Assembly (NCBI GenBank): GCA_963977015.1
Contig: CAXBMO010000006.1
Span: forward strand, 224,001-288,000
Length of the DNA: 64,000 bases
Direction of reading: 5' to 3'
From: an uncultured bacterium
GTDB lineage: Bacteria > Verrucomicrobiota > Verrucomicrobiia > Verrucomicrobiales > DEV007
Part shown: positions 57,011 to 64,000 of the stretch, piece by piece
Layout of the letters: each line of letters opens with the position of its first letter
Position numbering within the stretch: position 1 is the stretch's first letter
Position numbers and translations under genes: made by a program
Notes under the pieces: model-generated
Seen by the model: the letters and a program-made list of their open reading frames with translations, nothing else
Told to the model about the DNA's origin: nothing
Databases searched by the model: none

Positions 57011-59824
57011 ATGAAAGACGACGAGAATTCGCCCAAGTCCGGGCAGGCCCCGGCGCAGTCAACCGGTCGGCTCCGGGCGATTCTGGACGCCGTCGTCGAA
57101 GGAATTGTCGCCACTGACGAGCAAGGAATCGTCGAGTCCGTCAACCCGGCTGCCGAACAGCTGTTTGGTTACCCGGTCGAAGAACTCATCGGCAAGAACG
57201 TCGGCATCCTGGCAGCGACGCCGGAAGGCGAGGCCTCCAGTCACTGCGACCCGGCGAAGTTCACCGACGGTGGCGGCGAGGTGACCGGTCGGCGCAAGGA
57301 CGGGTCGGAGTTTCCAATGGAGCTTTCGGTCGGCGAAGCGAACCTGGCCGCGGAGCGGGTGTTTGTCTGGGTCATTCGCGACATCACCGAGCGCAAGCTG
57401 GAGGAGGAACGGCTGCTCGCGAGCCAGACTCGGTTGAAACTGGCGCTGGACGCGGCCCAAATCGGCGATTGGGAGTTGAATCTGGAAACCCAACACACCC
57501 GGCGCTCGCTGAAGCACGACCAGGTTTTTGGCTATGAGGAACCGTTGGACGATTGGAGCTATGAGATTTTTTTGGAGCACGTTCATCCGGAAGACCGGGA
57601 GCGGGTTGACCGCAATTTCCAGGAGAGCGTCGCGGCGGGCCGGGACTGGTATTTCGAATGCCGGATCATCCACAAAAACGGCGAGGAGCGCCACATCTGG
57701 GCCCGGGGCGGCATCTACCCGGATTCGGCCGGGCGCCCGATCCAGATGTTGGGGATGGTCCGCGACATCACCGAGCGGAAACGCGCCGAGGAGCGCATCA
57801 TCCAAAGTTCGCGTGAACTGCAAGCGGTCAACCAGCAGCTGCTGGCCGCCAAAGCCGAGGCCGAGCGCGCGAACCGGGCCAAGTCGGAGTTCCTCGCCCA
57901 AATGAGCCACGAGATCCGCACCCCGATGAACGGCATCATCGGCATGACCGGCGTGGCCCTCAACACTCAGCTCACCCCCGAGCAGCGCGAATACCTCACC
58001 ATGGTCAGCTCCAGCGCCGACGCGTTGCTCGCCGTGATCAACGACATCCTCGATTTCTCCAAGATCGAAGCGGGCAAGCTCAGCCTCGATTGCGCGGATT
58101 TCAGCCTGCGCGACAGCCTCGGCGACACCATGAAATCGCTCGCCAACCGCGCCCACGAAAAGAATCTCGAACTCGCCTGCTATTTCGATCCCGGGACGCC
58201 CGACTTCCACCACGGCGACGTGGGGCGGCTCCGCCAAATCGTGGTGAACCTCGTCGGCAACGCCATCAAGTTCACCAGCAAGGGCGAGATTGTCCTCGAG
58301 GTCCGCGAAGAATCGAGGGCCGAAGACGGATCTTCCTGCCTGCACTTTTCGGTGATCGATACCGGAATCGGGATTCCGGCGGAAAAGCAGCAGTCGATTT
58401 TCGAGGCCTTCAGCCAGGCCGACAACACCACGACGCGCGAGTACGGCGGCACCGGCTTGGGCCTGACGATTTCGGCTCAGCTTGTTGAACTGATGGGCGG
58501 GCGCATTTGGGTCGAGAGCGGGCCTGGCAAGGGCAGCGCCTTCCACTTCACCGCGCGACTCGGCAAAGCGGCTCGCCCACCGGGGTCGAACCGGATTTCC
58601 GCGCGGCTGGAGATGCTGCGCGGGTTGCGGGTGCTGGTGGTGGACGACAACGCGACCAACCGCCGAATCCTCAAGGAAACCCTCACCAGTTGGCACATGG
58701 AGCCGACCCTGACCGATAGCGGTCCCGCCGCTATCGAGGCGATGCGGCGCGCCCAGTCCGAAGCGGGTTTCGGCATCGTCCTGCTCGACTTTCACATGCC
58801 GAAAATGGACGGATTCACCGCCGCCCGACAGCTCCGGGAAATCGCCACCACTCCCATCGTGATGCTGACATCCGGGCCGAGGGCGGACGACGCCGCGCAT
58901 TCGCGCGAAATCGGCATCTACGCTTGCCTGACCAAACCCGTGAAGCAGTCCGAACTGCTGGACGCGATGCTTGGCGCGTTGAATCTCGAACTCGAGGACG
59001 CCGAGCGGCCGGCCCCAGCCGAGCCCGCCGAGTCAGCACCTGAGGGCGACCGCAAATGGCGCGTTTTGCTCGCTGAAGACAACGCCGTCAATCAGAAGCT
59101 CGCGATCCTCCTGCTTGAGGAGAGGGGGCACTCCGTCGTCGTCGCCGGGAACGGCCAGCTTGCGTTGGAGGCATTCGACCGCGAGGAGCCCTTCGATGTT
59201 GTCTTGATGGACGTTCAGATGCCGGTGATGGACGGCTTTCAAACCAGCGCCGCCATCCGCGAACGCGAGAAAACAACCGGGACCCGTATCCCCATCATCG
59301 CGATGACCGCCCACGCCTTGAAAGGCGACCGCGAACGTTGCCTCGCCGCCGGAATGGACGGCTACGTCAGCAAGCCGATCCAGTCCGGCCAACTCTGGGA
59401 TGCTCTTGAAGCCGTGCTGCCTTCCAATCCAAGCGCGAGCGACGCGGACACCAACGCGAAAATTGCGCAACCCTCGGTGTCCGGGGAAGAGGAAGACGCC
59501 ATTCGGGCGCACGCGTTGGATTGCACGGACGGCAACGTCGGCTTTTTGCGCGAACTCACCCGGATCTTTCTCGAAGACGCTTCGACCCAGCTTTCCGACA
59601 TTCGCGCCGCGATCGACTCAGGCGACGCGAAAGCGCTGCAATTCCAAGCCCATTCCCTCAAGGGCGCACTCGCAATTTTTGGCGTGGAAGAAGCCACTTC
59701 GGAGGCCCAGCGACTGGAGTTCCTCGGCCGAGACGAGGATCTCGATCATGCGCCCGCCATCTACGCCAAGTTAGAGGCCGAACTCGCCCGGCTGGATCCC
59801 GTGCTCCGCCGTTTGGCGGAATGA
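57011..59824 (+). CDS. Cytoplasmic hybrid kinase (PAS-PAS, HisKA, HATPase, 2 REC, HPt)
   Basis: [36 protein letters not shown], two receiver domains, AHSLKG. Confidence 0.93.
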   Translation: MKDDENSPKSGQAPAQSTGRLRAILDAVVEGIVATDEQGIVESVNPAAEQLFGYPVEELIGKNVGILAATPEGEASSHCDPAKFTDGGGEVTGRRKDGSEFPMELSVGEANLAAERVFVWVIRDITERKLEEERLLASQTRLKLALDAAQIGDWELNLETQHTRRSLKHDQVFGYEEPLDDWSYEIFLEHVHPEDRERVDRNFQESVAAGRDWYFECRIIHKNGEERHIWARGGIYPDSAGRPIQMLGMVRDITERKRAEERIIQSSRELQAVNQQLLAAKAEAERANRAKSEFLAQMSHEIRTPMNGIIGMTGVALNTQLTPEQREYLTMVSSSADALLAVINDILDFSKIEAGKLSLDCADFSLRDSLGDTMKSLANRAHEKNLELACYFDPGTPDFHHGDVGRLRQIVVNLVGNAIKFTSKGEIVLEVREESRAEDGSSCLHFSVIDTGIGIPAEKQQSIFEAFSQADNTTTREYGGTGLGLTISAQLVELMGGRIWVESGPGKGSAFHFTARLGKAARPPGSNRISARLEMLRGLRVLVVDDNATNRRILKETLTSWHMEPTLTDSGPAAIEAMRRAQSEAGFGIVLLDFHMPKMDGFTAARQLREIATTPIVMLTSGPRADDAAHSREIGIYACLTKPVKQSELLDAMLGALNLELEDAERPAPAEPAESAPEGDRKWRVLLAEDNAVNQKLAILLLEERGHSVVVAGNGQLALEAFDREEPFDVVLMDVQMPVMDGFQTSAAIREREKTTGTRIPIIAMTAHALKGDRERCLAAGMDGYVSKPIQSGQLWDALEAVLPSNPSASDADTNAKIAQPSVSGEEEDAIRAHALDCTDGNVGFLRELTRIFLEDASTQLSDIRAAIDSGDAKALQFQAHSLKGALAIFGVEEATSEAQRLEFLGRDEDLDHAPAIYAKLEAELARLDPVLRRLAE

Positions 59825-59860
59825 GCGGTGATTCACGCTAGACTAACCTGCGCCCGAAGC

Positions 59861-60033
59861 GGCCAAAATGCGTTGACAGGCGCGGACAGGAGTTTTTATG
59901 CTCGCGCCCTGCCATTCACGAGTGAGCCAAAGGACCCGTCTCCCAACCTCAAGTCGATGTTTGGGAGGAGATTTTTCTGTCCCCTCATCCAGCCTGCGCC
60001 ACCGCCTCGTGAAAAGCAAACTCCTACCCGTTG
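59861..60033 (+). promoter_or_regulatory. Duplicated promoter/leader, copy 2
   Basis: TTGACA (59873)-18-TATGCT (59897), TCCCAA-14-TTGGGA (59941-59966), GTG start at 60009. Confidence 0.75.
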
Positions 60034-62867
60034 CCAGTCCAGTCCGTTGTTCCCTCCCGTTCTGGTTGGCCCTTTTCCTCTTCGTGACTTCGGTCCCCTG
60101 GGCTCCCGGTCAGGATCAAAAGGCGGAAGATGGTGAGCGAACTCTCGTAGGTCCCGTCGTTCCTCGACCGGCGGTGACCATCTACGTGGTCAGCGATGGG
60201 AAGGGCGGTCAGGCGCGGCTCCTGCTTCGAAAATCGCACGGAACGCCCCACGTCAAGGCCCTCGCCCGGGTGCTGGATCCCGAAGAAACGGTGATTCGGT
60301 GGAAATACCTGGAGACGGCTCCGGAATCCGTGCGGAGCGCCTGGGAACCCCGGGAGGAAATCGACCTGATTTCGGAGGAGACCAAGCCCGGCCAGGTCCT
60401 GCACGAGGAAACGTTCGACCTGTCCCGGGCCGGTATCTACCAGATCCGGGTTTCCACCGCTGCAGAAGTGGTCAAGGTGGAGTTGGAATTGCCGGATGCG
60501 ACGCCCTGGGGTGTCTCTTTTCAGAACGGCAAGGGGCGAGCGTGGACCGAGACGCTGGAGAAGGCTTACGTCTATGTTCCGCCGCATGCCGAGGTGCTCC
60601 AATGGTCAGGCGGACCTTGTGTGATTCGGGATGAGGAGGGGCGCGAATTGGTGCGGAGCGAAGCGGCAGGCAAGGGAGAGGTGGAGGTTGCCAAAACGGA
60701 CACCGTCTGGGAACTCGAGTTTCCCGATCTGAAAGGCTGGGAACTGCGGGCGGCGGGATTCCCCTTCATTCTTTGTCAAAGCGCGGAGGCGGCCCGGAAG
60801 ATTCGGGGGAGCGTGGAGCAACTCGAAGACGGGACGGTTGTCTGCCACCAGTTTCAGCGGCGCATTGCGAAGCTTCTCCCGGAACTGTTGCGTCCCGAGA
60901 ACGTGGGAATCACGGAGGAACTCCTCGTTCCGCTCAAGTCGCGGGAGGATGCCTGGCTCGCCGATCCTCTGAGGAATCTCGCTCTAAGAAACAGCTTCCT
61001 CGCGGCTGTGCCAAAGTGGCTTCAGCAGCAGAATCTCGATCCCGCCAGTCACTGGAGCGGGTCGCTCGACGGCTGGCAGGAGAAGGAGAACGCCGAGCCG
61101 CCCAACAATCGGTGGGATCGGATGAGGAAGATCGATGGACTTTACGCAGGAGCCTCGAACCACTACGGCGCGGCGGCGGAACACTTGGCGCTGGCCGCGC
61201 TGCACGACTCGCCCACCAATCCTTACTTTGGAAAAACGGAGCTGCTCTACCGCGCCGCCGCCGCCGCCCTGCGCGACCTCATGACCCTGGCCGAGGACGA
61301 AACGTTCTTCGGAATTTCGGACATGAATCCCTATCCCGGGAACATGGCCTTTGTGGTCGGACAAAAGACGCTGCCCGTTTACGGCGTCGTCGCCCCGCAC
61401 CTGCCCGAGGAAATCCGCCAGGTTTGGACAGAGGGCCTCCGTCATCTCATCGACCGTTCGTTTCCGGATGGCCTGGTAAGCGCGCGGAATCAGTCCAGCC
61501 ACTACCTGGTCGCCTTCCAGGCCTTTGCTGATGGATCGGAAGACCCGGTTTATCAAAGCCTCGCCCGGCTCTATGCCCTGCGCTGGAATCAGGGGCAGCA
61601 CCCCGCCGGTTGGCACATGGAAGCCACCGGACCGGACGCGAGCTATATCGGGATGACGCATTGGCACGAAGCTGTCTACTATCGGATGAGCGGCGATCGG
61701 ACCATCCTCGATTCGCTCGCGAAGTCCTACCGCTTTTTCAATCACACCGTCGCGCCGGAGCCGGATGGCAGGATGCTCGGAGGATTCAACTTCGGTCATC
61801 GAGTTGGGGACGGGTTTTTTAACGAGCAATGGGGTGGCGCCAAGGGAATCCTCGACGATGTCCTGCCCGAAGTCGGGATCTGGGCCGGGCCCGAGCCGTC
61901 CCCGGAATTGCGCGCTGAACAGGAGGAGGACGCCCGCCGGGAGATCCGGAAATTTCTCGAGAAGCCCACGTATCCTGGCGGCGCGGCGCTGAACAACCCG
62001 CGTTACCTGCACTATCCCGAAACGGTGGATCGCGGCGCGAAATTTCCTTGTCTCGAAGAGGGGCCTTTTATCCGCGATCTCGGCGGTGAGATGGTCGCGG
62101 TGAAGCGTCCTGCGTATTATACCTATGGGTTTACCGGGAAACCGGCTGGAGGCTTCTATATCCAGCAGAAAGAGGACTTTCGCGCTCCGTTCCCGAACGA
62201 TGCCGAAGAGAACGGGGGAGCGATTGATCTGCGCAAAATCACGCCCTTTGTCGGGGGAGGTCTCTCCGGATTCTGGACGCCGGAGTATGGTCATTTTCTG
62301 CTGGCAACGAACTGGGCTCCCACGACCCATCACGGCGTGATTGCGACCAAGGCGGATGGAACCCGATATTGGGAAGACTACCACGCGCACACGCACGAAC
62401 TGGATGAGGCGGCGGGAACGTTGATGATTGAGGGACAAATTGAGTCTCTCCCGCTTCGCTACGTTCGGCGTTATGTCTTCGGGGCGGAGAGTTTGGACGT
62501 TACCCTGACGCTGAACGCGGTGGAAGACCTTGAGCTTGCCGGTCTCGTCGAGAACCTGCCCGTGGCCCGCGGCGGATGGAAAGCCCGGGGGACGGAATGG
62601 GACGCCGGTGGTGTTGCCGAAGGGGAGGTGAAGGCGGATCGGTTTCGCGCCATCGACCAGACCGGCGCCGGGGCCGAAATCCGCTTCGACCGGGTCCGGC
62701 CCCTTCGCCTCGTTCCAGAAGGCCTCCGAGCCGGAGGTTGGCGGCTGCTCCAGATCGGGCGAGTCGAAATTCAGCTTCCTGCGATGTTGAAAGCGGGAGA
62801 ATCGATCGAAGTTGCGTATTCCATCAGGCCATTGCGGGCGGCGGATAAGGGTGAGGTGGCCCGCTAA
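60009..62867 (+). CDS. Large secreted hypothetical protein (helical toroid plus beta C-terminus; possibly lyase-like)
   Basis: Signal-like N-terminus; NQSSH and EATGPDASY motifs reminiscent of heparinase-like toroids (weak). Confidence 0.7.
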   Translation: MKSKLLPVASPVRCSLPFWLALFLFVTSVPWAPGQDQKAEDGERTLVGPVVPRPAVTIYVVSDGKGGQARLLLRKSHGTPHVKALARVLDPEETVIRWKYLETAPESVRSAWEPREEIDLISEETKPGQVLHEETFDLSRAGIYQIRVSTAAEVVKVELELPDATPWGVSFQNGKGRAWTETLEKAYVYVPPHAEVLQWSGGPCVIRDEEGRELVRSEAAGKGEVEVAKTDTVWELEFPDLKGWELRAAGFPFILCQSAEAARKIRGSVEQLEDGTVVCHQFQRRIAKLLPELLRPENVGITEELLVPLKSREDAWLADPLRNLALRNSFLAAVPKWLQQQNLDPASHWSGSLDGWQEKENAEPPNNRWDRMRKIDGLYAGASNHYGAAAEHLALAALHDSPTNPYFGKTELLYRAAAAALRDLMTLAEDETFFGISDMNPYPGNMAFVVGQKTLPVYGVVAPHLPEEIRQVWTEGLRHLIDRSFPDGLVSARNQSSHYLVAFQAFADGSEDPVYQSLARLYALRWNQGQHPAGWHMEATGPDASYIGMTHWHEAVYYRMSGDRTILDSLAKSYRFFNHTVAPEPDGRMLGGFNFGHRVGDGFFNEQWGGAKGILDDVLPEVGIWAGPEPSPELRAEQEEDARREIRKFLEKPTYPGGAALNNPRYLHYPETVDRGAKFPCLEEGPFIRDLGGEMVAVKRPAYYTYGFTGKPAGGFYIQQKEDFRAPFPNDAEENGGAIDLRKITPFVGGGLSGFWTPEYGHFLLATNWAPTTHHGVIATKADGTRYWEDYHAHTHELDEAAGTLMIEGQIESLPLRYVRRYVFGAESLDVTLTLNAVEDLELAGLVENLPVARGGWKARGTEWDAGGVAEGEVKADRFRAIDQTGAGAEIRFDRVRPLRLVPEGLRAGGWRLLQIGRVEIQLPAMLKAGESIEVAYSIRPLRAADKGEVAR

Positions 62868-62870
62868 TTT

Positions 62871-62940
62871 TGTATTCCGGAGATTTCTCCGGAACAACGG
62901 AATCGACCCGCCATCCATCCGGAGAAATCTCCGGATTACA
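62871..62940. repeat. REP doublet (REPIN-like), downstream of RAYT
   Basis: TGTATTCCGGAGATTTCTCCGGA...TCCGGAGAAATCTCCGGATTACA. Confidence 0.9.
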
Positions 62941-63631
62941 TTTCCGCGTTCTCATCCTCGAAAACCCAATCCGCCTCCCGCCACTCCGGCGCGATCCATC
63001 GTCGCCAGCCTTTCTCGTGCTCCAGCCCGGCGTGGGTGGGATTCCGCCCGAGGTATTGCAGTGCTTTATCGAGATGCGCAACATCGCGGACAATCCGGTC
63101 ATAGCTCTCCTCCATCCAAAGCTGTTGCCCGGGCGTGCCGCGCTCGTGATTCAATTTCCGTGCGATGTGCGATTTCCAATACTGCAGCAGCCGCTCCAAT
63201 TTCCGCCCCGGGAAAGGGCGAACCAACAAGTGAACGTGGTTCGGCATCACCACAGAAGCGCCCAGGTAATACCATTCATCCTGCCGATACCGCAGCGCAT
63301 CAGACAACTGATCGGCCCAGCGGCGGTCGCGGAACACGCACGACCCGTAGCCGCGATCGAGCCAACGCTCGGCCAAACTGGTGTATTCGTGGGCATACGC
63401 GTTCCACTGCTCCTCGGTGCGCGGTGGCGGATAGAGTTGCTCCCAGGTTCGGCGGAGAATGCGCAGGTTCTCCTGAGTCTGTTGATCCAACGCGTCGTCC
63501 TGGCGAAACGTGACCCAATACGTCGCCCCGTCCTGTCGCCAATGCGGGAGCCGTCGCGTGTAACGGTGAATTGGGCGTTCCCCATCCAGGCCCGTGAACC
63601 CAGGCGGCCCTTCATCGTCCTCCGGCGTCAT
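62936..63631 (-). mobile_element. REP-associated tyrosine transposase (RAYT, Y1 HUH)
   Basis: RRLPHW, YWVTFR, VMPNHVHLL (HUH), WK, LW.EESYDRIVR, Y..RNP. Confidence 0.92.
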
Positions 63632-63668
63632 GTTCCAGAATTAGGGCAAAACGGCTGACCGCAGCAAA

Positions 63669-63737
63669 TGTATTCCGGAGATTTCTCCGGAAAAACCGCA
63701 GTAACTGAATCCAATCCGGAGAAATCTCCGGATTACA
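63669..63737. repeat. REP doublet (REPIN-like), upstream of RAYT
   Basis: Same 23-nt REP as an inverted pair with a different spacer. Confidence 0.9.
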
Positions 63738-63853
63738 ACTCCTATCTGCGCGGTGAACCCGCGTTGGACAGGCCACTCGCAAGGAGCTCATCGGCAAGAG
63801 CCTCGGTGGCAGCGTTCACCGCATGGAGTGGGACGTGAAGTAAACCAGTCGGT

Positions 63854-64000
63854 TCAGCGCTTGGCAACGGCGTCGTGGGCGGTTTGCCGCAGGAACCGGG
63901 CGTAGTCCGGATCGAAATCTTTGGGAACGAAGCTGTTCTCCACGACGCTCTCCCCAAACAACACTTCAAACCACACGCATCCCAGCAGATACTTTCCGGC
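63854..64000 (-). CDS. 3' end of a DUF4886/SGNH-like protein (starts beyond window)
   Basis: GKYLLGCVWFEVLFGESVVENSFVP...YARFLRQTAHDAV*. Confidence 0.6.
   Translation of the reverse strand, partial: AGKYLLGCVWFEVLFGESVVENSFVPKDFDPDYARFLRQTAHDAVAKR

Overview
GC-rich bacterial DNA, most consistent with a PVC-superphylum (probably Verrucomicrobiota) chromosome. This is inferred from the DUF1552/DUF1592 cytochrome operon, the ExbB-ExbD-ExbD cluster lacking TonB, and many large secreted NHL/FlgD/LamG proteins. Recognisable content: an actinobacterial-type furA-katG pair, a eukaryote-like UMP-CMP kinase, a ZIP transporter with two cNMP domains, a MoxR-DUF58-transglutaminase operon, three histidine kinases, a XylR-type regulator with exbBDD and a glycoside hydrolase, and a RAYT transposase flanked by REP doublets. 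Five signals are missed by the ORF track. (1) A secreted thioredoxin-like selenoprotein (UPLC motif, in-frame TGA at 18102-18104, SECIS-like hairpin). (2) A decayed, lower-GC integron cassette array (~45.8-48.7 kb, minus strand) with attC sites and a putative attI; its last attC is occupied by a group IIC-attC intron remnant. (3) A ~70-nt structured element present twice, once inside that intron's catalytic domain V. (4) A ~1211-aa secreted coiled-coil gene split by an 11-bp tandem duplication. (5) Several families of palindromic repeats sitting at gene-truncation breakpoints. All family assignments come from motif recognition by eye, not database searches.
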